A stretch of DNA of 64,000 nt from Candidatus Woesearchaeota archaeon (GCA_016192945.1 JACPTE010000021.1:3989-67988), one strand, 5' to 3'; shown: positions 42,950 through 51,950, counted from the first letter of the stretch. The notes: generated from the sequence alone by a model not told the origin. Made by a program: numbers and translations.

Positions 42950-44422
42950 TTACGCTTTTATCCCTGATATGGCGTTTGCTATCCTGCTTTTCTCCCTTTT
43001 TGTGTTGAAGTGGCTCTTTAGCGTTTCCAGCCGTTCTTCCATTTCCTGCAATGCCTTTTTTTCCGTCTCCGCTATGTTGTTGAGCTCTTTCGGGTCTGTT
43101 TCCAGGTCGTAAAGCTCCTTGTCTGCTCCATGTATGATTCTGCATCTTCTGCACGTGCCTTTTCCGCTTACTGATTTTATTATTTTGTATCTCTCCCCCC
43201 GCAGGGTTGCCTTTTCCTCGTTGTATGTCTCTTCTGCGTAGATGTAGTCCCTTAGCTTTTCGGTATTTCCGTTGGTTATCTGTATTAGGCTTTTTCCATC
43301 CATGTCTTTTGGCGCGCATGCGCTTAACCCTGCCAGCTCTAGCAGCGTTGGCATCAGGTCTGTGTGCTGCACAAGCTGGCTGAACCTTCCCTGCCTGACA
43401 GCTTTCGGGTAGTATATGATGAGAGGTACGTGTATGCTCGGCTCGTAAAGAGCGTGATCGTCAAACAGTATTTCATGCTCAACAAGGCTTTCGCCATGGT
43501 CTGCTGTTATAACGATTATCGTATTGTCGCTTATGCCTTCTGCTTCCAGTTTGCTGGTTATCTGCCTTATAATTCTGTCGACGTAGTTTATTGCACCGTC
43601 GTATTTTGCAATTACTGTTGCCATGTCTTCCCTCTGGTCCAGTATGCCTTCGTAGAACTCCTTTACAGTTTCCCTGTTAACATTTTTCAGGAAATCGCCG
43701 TATTTTTTCCCATTGTGCTCATCCTTTAGGAATTTTTTGTATATCCCGTTTGGGGCGTTGAATGATACGTGGGTGTCCCAGTAGTGGAGCAGCATGAAGA
43801 ATGGCGCGCCTTTGTTCTGTTCTATTAGTTCTATAGCTTTTCTTGTTATTTGCTTGCCATCAAGGCTTACCCTTACCTTGTCTGTGAGCCTTTTCGGGAG
43901 CATGTGCCTGAATGCGAATGTTGCAATCTGTCCCAGCAGGGGTATTCCTTTTATTATTCCTACAATGCTCCTTTTCACTTCAAGGTCGCTGGTGGTTATG
44001 CCGTGGTAATAGTCAAACCCTCTTTTGTGCCATCTGCTGAGCCAGTCCATTCCAAATGTCATGTAGCTGTTCTCCTTGAGGATTTCCTGGAGCAGCTTTG
44101 TGCCTGTCTTTGTGAAGCCCTCAATCTCCTCTTCAGTGACCTGGTTTCCATGGTGCAGGATGCCGTGCGTTCTTGGGTGCTTTCCTGAGAGTATTGTCGT
44201 TACTGATGGCTCTGTTGCGTTCATGCATGAGAAGGCGTTCTCAAATATGATGCCTTTTTTTGCCAGCTCATCTATATGGGGGCTTGTTTTAAGCCCATAC
44301 CCGTAGCAGCTCAGGTGGTCTGCCCTGAGGGCGTCTATTATGAATATTATGATGTTCGGGCGGGCATGTTTGTTTGCTGCCTTTGCCTTTTCTGCTTTTG
44401 CATTATCTCCCATTCCTGCCAT
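42950..44422 (-). CDS. Sulfatase-fold (alkaline-phosphatase superfamily) enzyme with Thr at the nucleophile position
   Basis: NIIIFIIDALRADHL (metal site). NATEPSVTTILSGKHPRTHG aligns to the sulfatase C/S-x-P-S-R-xxxx-TG motif but reads T-E-P-S-V. ...ITADHGE.... ATG 44422 preferred; the track start 44491 would overlap the upstream gene. Confidence 0.65.
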   Translation of the reverse strand: MAGMGDNAKAEKAKAANKHARPNIIIFIIDALRADHLSCYGYGLKTSPHIDELAKKGIIFENAFSCMNATEPSVTTILSGKHPRTHGILHHGNQVTEEEIEGFTKTGTKLLQEILKENSYMTFGMDWLSRWHKRGFDYYHGITTSDLEVKRSIVGIIKGIPLLGQIATFAFRHMLPKRLTDKVRVSLDGKQITRKAIELIEQNKGAPFFMLLHYWDTHVSFNAPNGIYKKFLKDEHNGKKYGDFLKNVNRETVKEFYEGILDQREDMATVIAKYDGAINYVDRIIRQITSKLEAEGISDNTIIVITADHGESLVEHEILFDDHALYEPSIHVPLIIYYPKAVRQGRFSQLVQHTDLMPTLLELAGLSACAPKDMDGKSLIQITNGNTEKLRDYIYAEETYNEEKATLRGERYKIIKSVSGKGTCRRCRIIHGADKELYDLETDPKELNNIAETEKKALQEMEERLETLKSHFNTKREKSRIANAISGIKA

Positions 44423-44469
44423 GAGGCTGCTTACCCTGTTTCTCTTATAAATGTTTTTGTATCTGCAAA

Positions 44470-45522
44470 TTAAGCTGCATGATTCAAACACATTTTTGTA
44501 AGTTTCCTGTATACTTCAATGTGTCTTGCAGCAACTCTATCCCAGTTTGCTTCTTCCCTGTACCCAGCAATTCCTTTTTGATATTTTTCGTATTCGCTGC
44601 TTGTCTTTTTTATAGCTGCAGCCAGAGATTCTTTTGACTTGGGCTCTGCTACTTCTCCGCATTTGAATTGTTCAACTATCTCATATACTCCCCCAGTCCT
44701 TGTAGCGACTATTGGAAGTCCATAGGATATTGCATCGTGCAGGACAGCGCTTTGGTATGGAGCCTTTATGTATGGCAGCACAAGCATGTCACAGTTTGTG
44801 AACAGCTCTTTTTTTCTCTGTTCGCTTATCCACCCAGTCTCCATTTTAATTTTTGCCTTGGACTTCCCTACCAATTCAATTAGTTTTTTGTAGTATTCTT
44901 TGTCTACTGCACTGCCTGCGATTGTTAATTCATATTCTGGCAGTTCTTGCATTGCTTCTATCAGGTATTCTGCTCCTTTGTTGGGGCTTATGATGCCAAA
45001 GAGCAATAGTGAATTGTTTTTTCTTTTGTGCATATCATGCAGGGTTACTCCCATGTATGCAACTTCTGCATTTTTTTTATATTTCTCAAGGATGAACTTT
45101 CTATGCCCTTCTGTGTGTACAATTATCTTGTTTGCTTTCTTTATGATAATCTCCTCTATTTTTTTGATGATTTTTTCGCGCAAGTCTTCTGAATTGTAAT
45201 GCACTTCGTGCAGTGTCACCGCTGTTGGAACTTTTTGGCTCAGCGCAATCACGAAGTTCATATTAAGGCTTGAGATTCCATAATAGCTTCTTGCTGCTAT
45301 GTATTGGAAATGCACCAAGCCTAGTTTTTCAGTTTCAACTATTTTTGCAATGTGTCCTTTTAGCCGTATTGATTTGAGGTTGATTTTATAGTCTGCCTTG
45401 CTTTCAGTTCCTCCAATTGTTATGCATTCGGTTCCTTGCCTTCGAATGGCCGACACAAGATTGTCGCTGTAGATTGAGATGCCATCCTGTTCCCCGAACC
45501 TGCTTACAATCCCGATTTTCAT
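44470..45522 (-). CDS. GT4 (group 1) glycosyltransferase
   Basis: MKIGIVSRFGEQDGISIYS..., ...LLLFGIISPNKG..., ...MLVLPYIKAPYQSAVLHDAISYGLPIVAT. Confidence 0.7.
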   Translation of the reverse strand: MKIGIVSRFGEQDGISIYSDNLVSAIRRQGTECITIGGTESKADYKINLKSIRLKGHIAKIVETEKLGLVHFQYIAARSYYGISSLNMNFVIALSQKVPTAVTLHEVHYNSEDLREKIIKKIEEIIIKKANKIIVHTEGHRKFILEKYKKNAEVAYMGVTLHDMHKRKNNSLLLFGIISPNKGAEYLIEAMQELPEYELTIAGSAVDKEYYKKLIELVGKSKAKIKMETGWISEQRKKELFTNCDMLVLPYIKAPYQSAVLHDAISYGLPIVATRTGGVYEIVEQFKCGEVAEPKSKESLAAAIKKTSSEYEKYQKGIAGYREEANWDRVAARHIEVYRKLTKMCLNHAA

Positions 45523-46262
45523 TGTTTGAGTTTGGCTGCCATGAATAGGTTGTCCCCCATTCCAAATAATTCTATTGTTTTGAATACCGCATTTTTCAGC
45601 GCACTTATTATTGGGTTGATTGCTCCATGGTCCAGGCTTTTGACTTCTGCTGATATAACTTTGAATCCAATTTCCTCAAGCATTGCTTTCAGCGTTTCAG
45701 GAGTGAATTGCCATACGTGCCCATCCATCTGGAGCCCGTACCATTTGCCTTTCAGGACTTTTGGTAGAAGCCCTCCAAAATTAGGCACGGACACTATAAG
45801 CACTCCGTCACTCTTTAGCTTTTTTCTTGCATGCTCAAGGAACGGCTGTGGGTTGACTACGTGCTCAAGTATGTGTATTGCAGCTATCACATCATATTCC
45901 CTGTCACGCATTTCTGCATTGAGAAAGTCTGTGCTGTAAACTTTGAGCTTTCTCTTGCTTATCGCATAGTTTGCGGTTGTCTTGTCAACTTCAACGCCTT
46001 CGCATTCAAACCCGATTTTTTTGCAGGCTATCATGAAGTGGCCTGCTCCACACCCCACGTCAAGGATTTTCCCGCTTTTTTTGAATTTCTTTACAAAGCT
46101 GATGCTCAGCTTGTCCATTTCTGAAATCCTGTCCTCATCAACAGTGTCTGAAAACTTGAATTCGCTGTAGATTTTTGCCACCTGGTGCATGTCTGATGTG
46201 GCGTCGTCTTCAAATGGCAGGGGATATGTCCTTGCAAGCCTGCATTTTGTGCATTCAAGCAC
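45519..46262 (-). CDS. Class I SAM-dependent methyltransferase with zinc ribbon; the true 5' end may lie upstream of 46262
   Basis: ILDVGCGAGHF (motif I), ...DVIAAIHILEHV.... The frame stays open upstream to 46362 and encodes the first half of a Cys4 ribbon (TKCFCGNEEY...) with no ATG/GTG/TTG. Confidence 0.65.
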   Translation of the reverse strand: MLECTKCRLARTYPLPFEDDATSDMHQVAKIYSEFKFSDTVDEDRISEMDKLSISFVKKFKKSGKILDVGCGAGHFMIACKKIGFECEGVEVDKTTANYAISKRKLKVYSTDFLNAEMRDREYDVIAAIHILEHVVNPQPFLEHARKKLKSDGVLIVSVPNFGGLLPKVLKGKWYGLQMDGHVWQFTPETLKAMLEEIGFKVISAEVKSLDHGAINPIISALKNAVFKTIELFGMGDNLFMAAKLKQ

Positions 46263-46365
46263 TTTTCCAGGGAACTTCTTCTTTTTCAGGTCATGATAGA
46301 ATTCTGTCTCTAACAGGACCTTGTATTCTTCGTTCCCGCAGAAGCATTTTGTGAATTTCGTGGTA

Positions 46366-47859
46366 TCACCTTCTCATGATGTTCCTGATTTCGTCAATCT
46401 TGAGGCCGCCTATCGCGTACAGGATTCCCAGGTAAATGGCCATGCTCACTCCGCTTATGACTGCCAGCTCAATTATCGGGCTTCCTGAGCTTACGAGGCT
46501 TTTTATGTAAAGTGCAGGCAAAAGCATTATTGCCCCTGCTATTGCTGGCTTTGCAAGAATTGAAAAGTTCAGTGTGAACCCTTTTTTTGCAGAAAAGTAT
46601 ATGAGCATCAGGAAGACTATTAGCTCGGTTATTACAAGGGAGGCTGCTGTTCCTGCAGGGCCGAATTTCGGGATTAGGGCTATGTTCAGAACGATGTTTG
46701 CTATCAGCCCTGTTCCTGTTGCCATCATGAACAGCTTTTGGTATCCGATTGAGTTCAGTAGGTATCCGCAAAGGTAGCTTACAAAGATTATTACTTCAGC
46801 CCAGATTATTATCTGGAGTATGAAGGCTGAGCCTGAAAATTCAGGGCCGTACAGCAGCAGAATCACTTTGTCAGCAAGGATGGTTGTGAGGATTCCGATT
46901 GGTATGGCAGTTATGAACAGGTATTTGAATGCTATATTGAAGATGCCTTTCAGCTCTTCCTTTAAGGCTGAAAGCCTTGACATTGTTGGGAACGCAGCCA
47001 CGACTACAGATGCAGGAACAAAATAGAGAGCGTCAAGAAGATTGTGCGCTGCATTGTACTGCCCGACTACAGAATAGTTGGTGAAGAATGAAAGGAGTAT
47101 TGTGTCCAGCCTGTTGTATGATGTTATGAATATTGTTGTTATGAGGAATGGTGCGCCTTCTGCAAAAAGCCTTTTCCACACATTGATGTCGAATGCTATT
47201 TTCAGCGGGAAGAATTTTTTCAGGGTTATTATGAACAGGTATGAGAATGTCATCGTGTAGGAGAAAGCAAATGCCAGCATTAGCGCTATTACTTTCCCTC
47301 CAAGCAGCAGGGCAATTATTCCGAATGTTGTTGTTATTATTCTTTCCAAGACAATTGATATTGAGCTGTATTCAAGCTGCTCATTTGCAGTGAACAGGGT
47401 TGTGAATGCTCCTGACAAGTCAAGCAAAAAGCTGGCGAATGCAATTATCCACACAGCAACAAGTGCTTCGTGAGTCTTTGTTACAAAGAATGACAGGATA
47501 AGCGCTATTAGAAGGCTTGTAAGCCCAAGGGTTATCTTTATGGTGAAAAAATTGTAAAATGTTTTTTTTGCCTGCTCCAGCTTTGGATTGTGTTTTTCAT
47601 TCTTGTTCTTTGCCTTGGCCAGCCGTATTTCTTCCTTGCTTTTTGCCAGCTCCCTCACAACAAGCTGCCCTATTCCAAAGTCTCCAAGAAGTCCTGCAAG
47701 GCCAATAAAAGCAAATGCGAAAGAGTAAACCCCCATTCCCTCTTGCCCGAGCTGGCGGGCTATGACAGTAATCAGCAGTATTGACAGCGCTCTCCCTATC
47801 AATCCTGCCACGAACAGGGCGGTTGTGTTTTTTGCTATGGTCTTTGCAGAATCAGCCAT
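46366..47859 (-). CDS. MOP-superfamily polysaccharide/oligosaccharide flippase (Wzx-like)
   Basis: 497 aa, ~14 TM helices, N-terminus ...KNTTALFVAGLIGRALSILLITVIARQLGQEGMGVYSFAFAF..., typical of Wzx/RfbX-type flippases. Confidence 0.75.
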   Translation of the reverse strand: MADSAKTIAKNTTALFVAGLIGRALSILLITVIARQLGQEGMGVYSFAFAFIGLAGLLGDFGIGQLVVRELAKSKEEIRLAKAKNKNEKHNPKLEQAKKTFYNFFTIKITLGLTSLLIALILSFFVTKTHEALVAVWIIAFASFLLDLSGAFTTLFTANEQLEYSSISIVLERIITTTFGIIALLLGGKVIALMLAFAFSYTMTFSYLFIITLKKFFPLKIAFDINVWKRLFAEGAPFLITTIFITSYNRLDTILLSFFTNYSVVGQYNAAHNLLDALYFVPASVVVAAFPTMSRLSALKEELKGIFNIAFKYLFITAIPIGILTTILADKVILLLYGPEFSGSAFILQIIIWAEVIIFVSYLCGYLLNSIGYQKLFMMATGTGLIANIVLNIALIPKFGPAGTAASLVITELIVFLMLIYFSAKKGFTLNFSILAKPAIAGAIMLLPALYIKSLVSSGSPIIELAVISGVSMAIYLGILYAIGGLKIDEIRNIMRR

Positions 47860-47915
47860 CTGTCTGGTGTTCAGAATAATACTTTATAAACATTTTGAAA
47901 TCATAGCACAACCTA

Positions 47916-47923
47916 TTTATAAT
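47916..47923 (+). promoter_or_regulatory. TATA-like box for the 47944 gene
   Basis: TTTATAAT centred ~24.5 nt upstream of ATG 47944. Confidence 0.4.
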
Positions 47924-47943
47924 TGTTTTTTTTAATAGGAATA

Positions 47944-48720
47944 ATGCCAGAGTACGTATATAAGTCAGGCAGGGTATCATTTTCTTCAGGCAGGCTTAAG
48001 CGCTTTCCTGCAACCATGCAGGTTTCTGTTATAATCCCCACTTATAATGAGGAGTCCAACATAGAGCGCCTTGTAAAATCTCTCTCATCCGCCTTGAGGG
48101 GATTTGATTATGAGATTGTGGTGGTTGATGACGCCTCAAGGGACAGGACTCCTGAAATAATAGACAGGCTTTCATTATCCGGCAGGGTTTCAGCCCTTCA
48201 CAGGGAGGGGGTTAAGGGTATTTTCTCTGCATTGATTGATGGGGTAAGGGTTGCCAGGGGCAATTATATCGTAATAATGGATGCTGATTTTTCGCATCCC
48301 CCTGAGTATGTTCCTGTTCTGGTCAGGGAAGCTGTTAAAAGCGGCTGTGACATTGTTGCTGGCTCAAGGTTCCTGAGGGGCTCTGTTTTCATTGCCCCTT
48401 TTGCCCGGAGGGTTTTTCCAACTCTTCTTAATGCCCTGTGCAGGTTTATCCTTGGGATTAAGGTTACTGATGTCTTCACTGGCTTTCATGCGATGAAAAA
48501 GGAAAGGTTCCTTCAGATAAGGTTCAGGTATCCGAGCGAGTGGGGGGAGTTTGACATGGAACTCCTGTTCAAGGCACAGGGGATGGGTTTCAGCATGAAG
48601 GATGTGCCTTTTAGTTACAGGTACAGGGAGAGGGGTGTTTCCAAGTCATCTGGAATGAAGATAGTGCGGTATGCTTTTGTCTATTTGAGGCGGGCTATTC
48701 AGCTCAGGGTTTTCGGATAG
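47944..48720 (+). CDS. GT2 dolichyl/polyprenyl-phosphate mannose(hexose) synthase-like
   Basis: VSVIIPTYNEESNIERLV...IVVVDDASRDRTPEI...IMDADFSHPP. Start either ATG 47944 (fits the TATA spacing) or ATG 48016. Confidence 0.8.
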   Translation: MPEYVYKSGRVSFSSGRLKRFPATMQVSVIIPTYNEESNIERLVKSLSSALRGFDYEIVVVDDASRDRTPEIIDRLSLSGRVSALHREGVKGIFSALIDGVRVARGNYIVIMDADFSHPPEYVPVLVREAVKSGCDIVAGSRFLRGSVFIAPFARRVFPTLLNALCRFILGIKVTDVFTGFHAMKKERFLQIRFRYPSEWGEFDMELLFKAQGMGFSMKDVPFSYRYRERGVSKSSGMKIVRYAFVYLRRAIQLRVFG

Positions 48721-48755
48721 AAAAGATTAATAACTAAGATTTCTGGAGTGGGCTT

Positions 48756-50180
48756 ATGCTTATGGTTAAAAGGGCTCAGGTTTCGCTTTTTATTGTGATT
48801 GGCCTTCTGGTGTTGCTGCTTGGGGGCTTGCTTGTTGCTTTGCAAAGGAATAATCTTTCTGAAAAGGCAGGGCTTGACCAGTTGGCTCTTCGCCAGGGCA
48901 GCCTGATGGTTGAGAATTATGTTGATTCCTGCCTTGAAGCCAGCCTCCTGAAGGCAGAGGCGCTGGGTTTAAAGGCAGAGCTCAGGCAGGCTCAGGAAAA
49001 GCTGATTGATGCCGAGCTCAGTAAGTGCACTGACTTTTCATCGTTGAATGATAAGGGCATAAGTGTTTCCCGCGGTGATGTAAAGACTGATGTATACTTA
49101 TCAGGCAGCGCATTTGGAGCTTATGCAAGATACCCAATCACCCTTTCAATGGAGGGACAGAAGGTTGGTGTTGAGGATTTCACATCTGAATTGAGACTGG
49201 AGACCCTGATTCCCCTTGACCAGGATGAAAATGGGCTGAAGGCTGAGAAGAATGTTGTCAGCAGCGATAAGAGGGTTGAGCTTAGGATTCCGGAAGGGGT
49301 GCTCATAACCAAAGGCGGCAGATTGCTGGACAAGATAAGTATAAAGTCCCTTGATAAGCCTGAAATCAGCTCTCCCTCTGAAGCTGTCGTAGGCAACCTC
49401 ATCTATGGCGGCTATCCTGATGAGGCTGAATTTGATGGTGATGTGGAGCTTACCATTCATTATGATGGCGATAATCTGGCTTTGTCAGAAAGCGGCTTGT
49501 TTGTAGCATACTATGATAAGGAGTCTGGGCTGTGGAAATACCTTTATAGCATGCCTGATTTGAAGAACAACAGGATTACCGCGAAAATAAGGCATTTCTC
49601 TGAGTTTGCTGTGGTGCATCTTCTGGTGGGAGAGGGGTTTTCCCAGTCTGGAAGCATTTATTCAAATACGCGGGTTGCCATCCCCGGCTCAGGGTTTGTT
49701 GATGTTTCAGATGCAGCGGAATGCTATCCTTATCCAATTCAGGCATTCCCTGTTTTGGGTGATTCATGGTTTTACAACGACTGGAGGGAGGACAGGTCTC
49801 AGGGTAAGGGCGCTCATGAGGGAACAGACATCTTAACCCCTTCAGAGGGAAGCCCTGTAGTTGCTGTTGTCCCCGGCTCTGTCAGGAGGCGCTATTGTGA
49901 TTCCCTCGGCGGGAATGCCCTGGAGCTTCTCGGAGATAGCGGAGCTGTTTATTATTATGCACATCTCAGTTCATACGGTCAGTTTTCAGAGGGGCAGCGG
50001 GTGAGGGCTGGCGATATTCTCGGGTATTCAGGCACTACAATCGGCTGCAGCTGCTCAGGGCTGTTGTGCGGCATTTCAGGGCAGACTGTGCCTCATCTTC
50101 ATTTCGGGATTTACGTGAACTGGAAGGCGCAGAATCCTTACTGCGCTCTGAGAGGCTTTAAGAAAGGCAGCGTGAAATAG
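48756..50180 (+). CDS. Membrane-anchored M23 (LytM/lysostaphin-type) metallopeptidase
   Basis: N-terminal anchor VSLFIVIGLLVLLLGGLLVAL. C-terminal GAHEGTDI (HxxxD), ...YYYAHLSSY..., PHLHFGIY (HxH). GGAGTG lies upstream of the ATG. Confidence 0.75.
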   Translation: MLMVKRAQVSLFIVIGLLVLLLGGLLVALQRNNLSEKAGLDQLALRQGSLMVENYVDSCLEASLLKAEALGLKAELRQAQEKLIDAELSKCTDFSSLNDKGISVSRGDVKTDVYLSGSAFGAYARYPITLSMEGQKVGVEDFTSELRLETLIPLDQDENGLKAEKNVVSSDKRVELRIPEGVLITKGGRLLDKISIKSLDKPEISSPSEAVVGNLIYGGYPDEAEFDGDVELTIHYDGDNLALSESGLFVAYYDKESGLWKYLYSMPDLKNNRITAKIRHFSEFAVVHLLVGEGFSQSGSIYSNTRVAIPGSGFVDVSDAAECYPYPIQAFPVLGDSWFYNDWREDRSQGKGAHEGTDILTPSEGSPVVAVVPGSVRRRYCDSLGGNALELLGDSGAVYYYAHLSSYGQFSEGQRVRAGDILGYSGTTIGCSCSGLLCGISGQTVPHLHFGIYVNWKAQNPYCALRGFKKGSVK

Positions 50181-50185
50181 CCTGC

Positions 50186-50701
50186 TCATCGCCTGTGAGG
50201 CTTTGCCATTCCTGTAAGCCTGAGAACTTCTGGCGTGTCTTCTGCTGCAAATGCTGATATGTGGACTGTTTCAGCCGGGTATGCTTGTTTCCAGCCTTTT
50301 CCTGCCAGCGCATCATCACTGAGTAGCATTGCAAGCTCTCCTGAGCCTGGTTGTGGCATCTCGTCTTGGTTATAAGGCCTGTTTATGGCCTGGTATTTGT
50401 CTATTAGCTGCAGGGTTTGCAGGTCTGAAAGCGTGAATCCTGAGGGGTTGGGAGTGAACATGAGCGTTAATATCCCGTCATATGCGGTTACTTTTTCCAT
50501 TACAACACGCGGCCCGTCTTGTCCGTTTCTGTATATCTGGCAGAGCCTTATGGCTGAGTATAAGTCTGGTGTTTTCCTTAAATTAAGCCCTATTCCCTCA
50601 AGCTCTGATGCGCTCAGCCCCTTATTTGGGAATATGTACTTGTCAGTCCTTTCATCCGCTTCAAGCACTACAACCCTGTATTCCAGATTTTGACCTTGCA
50701 T
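50186..50701 (-). CDS. Hypothetical cytoplasmic protein (ORFan)
   Basis: 171-aa ORF with a TATA-like TTTTATAAAC (50725-50734) centred ~28 nt upstream of ATG 50701. No motif recognised. Confidence 0.45.
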   Translation of the reverse strand: MQGQNLEYRVVVLEADERTDKYIFPNKGLSASELEGIGLNLRKTPDLYSAIRLCQIYRNGQDGPRVVMEKVTAYDGILTLMFTPNPSGFTLSDLQTLQLIDKYQAINRPYNQDEMPQPGSGELAMLLSDDALAGKGWKQAYPAETVHISAFAAEDTPEVLRLTGMAKPHRR

Positions 50702-50803
50702 AGTATTCTTCGGGTAAGCTCTGCTTTTATAAACCTTTCTATGGTGACCACTGAAAAGTGACTATTCTTTGCTGTAGATTCTGGCCGGTTCGCTTTCCAA
50801 AAA

Positions 50804-50813
50804 CTTTTTAAAC
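50804..50813 (+). promoter_or_regulatory. TATA-like box for the 50835 gene
   Basis: CTTTTTAAAC centred ~26.5 nt upstream of ATG 50835. Confidence 0.4.
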
Positions 50814-50834
50814 AATTTAGCCATGCCTGCTGCC

Positions 50835-51929
50835 ATGGCGGATTTCATTCCGGTTTATGAGCCTGTTCTTGGCGGGAATGAGAAGAAATATGTCTTGGAT
50901 TGCCTGGAAACAGGCTGGATTTCTTCCCTGGGCAAGTATGTTCCTGAGTTTGAGCAGGAGTTCAGCTCTTTTTGCAGCAGGAAGTTTGGGGTTTCTGTTG
51001 CCAACGGGACTGTTGCGCTTCAGCTTGCCTTGATGGCACTGGATATCAGGGAGGGTGATGAGGTGATAGTTCCTGATTTGACTTTTGTTGCGACTGCAAA
51101 TGCTGTGAGCTACACAGGCGCCAAGCCGGTGTTTGTTGATTCTGAGCCTGATACGTGGAACATGGACCCCTCAAGGATTGAGGAAAAGATAACAAAAAAG
51201 ACCAAAGCAATCATTCCAGTAAGCCTTTTTGGGCACCCCTGCGATATGGACCCTATCCTTGAAATAGCAAAGGACCACGAGCTGTTTGTGATTGAGGACG
51301 CTGCAGAGGCTCATGGCTCCGAGTATAAGGGAAGGAAGTCAGGCAGCTTCGGGGATGTGAGCTGCTTCTCATTTTACGGCAACAAGATAATAACAACAGG
51401 AGAGGGCGGGATGTGCGTTACTGACAATGAGAAGCTGGCGAATGAAATGCGCTTCCTTAAGGACCACGGCATGAGCAGCGAGAAGCGCTACTGGCACTCA
51501 AAGGTCGGCTTCAATTTCAGGATGACCAATATCCAGGCAGCCATAGGTGTTGCCCAGCTTGAGCAGATTGGCAAGTTTATAGAATCAAAGAGGAAGATTG
51601 CCAGGCAGTACAACTCGCTGCTGAAGGATGTCAAGGGAATCTCTCTGCCCCCTGAGATGCCCTGGGCAAAGAGTGTTTACTGGATGTATTCCATCCTTGT
51701 TGGCGATGATTATGGCATGTCAAGGGATGAGCTTGCAGCCAGGCTCAAGGCAGCCAAAATTGACTCAAGGCCATTCTTCTATCCGATGCACCAGCTCCCG
51801 ATGTACAAGTCAGAGAGGCAGTTCCCTGTCGCTGAGAGGCTTTCAGCCCAGGGGCTTAACCTTCCCTCCTCTCCAATGCTTTCAAAGGAGGACATTGAAA
51901 GGATTTGCAGGGTTATTGCTGAAAAGTGA
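50835..51929 (+). CDS. DegT-family aminotransferase, perosamine-synthase-like, paralogue of 40715..41824
   Basis: MADFIPVYEPVLGGNEKKYVLDCLETGWISSLG...ANGTVALQLAL...GDEVIVPDLT...FVDSEPDTWNM, SFYGNKIITTGEGGMC. ATG 50835 preferred over 50823 on TATA spacing and the homologue N-terminus. Confidence 0.8.
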   Translation: MADFIPVYEPVLGGNEKKYVLDCLETGWISSLGKYVPEFEQEFSSFCSRKFGVSVANGTVALQLALMALDIREGDEVIVPDLTFVATANAVSYTGAKPVFVDSEPDTWNMDPSRIEEKITKKTKAIIPVSLFGHPCDMDPILEIAKDHELFVIEDAAEAHGSEYKGRKSGSFGDVSCFSFYGNKIITTGEGGMCVTDNEKLANEMRFLKDHGMSSEKRYWHSKVGFNFRMTNIQAAIGVAQLEQIGKFIESKRKIARQYNSLLKDVKGISLPPEMPWAKSVYWMYSILVGDDYGMSRDELAARLKAAKIDSRPFFYPMHQLPMYKSERQFPVAERLSAQGLNLPSSPMLSKEDIERICRVIAEK

Positions 51930-51940
51930 TTTCTGCAAAC

Positions 51941-51950
51941 TTTTATATAT
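51941..51950 (+). promoter_or_regulatory. TATA-like box for the 51973 gene
   Basis: TTTTATATAT centred ~27.5 nt upstream of ATG 51973. Confidence 0.4.

Noticed and set aside
42950-44491. Annotation as a genuine arylsulfatase
   Set aside because: The formylglycine motif Cys/Ser and Arg are replaced (T-E-P-S-V), so sulfate-ester hydrolysis by the classical mechanism is unlikely.
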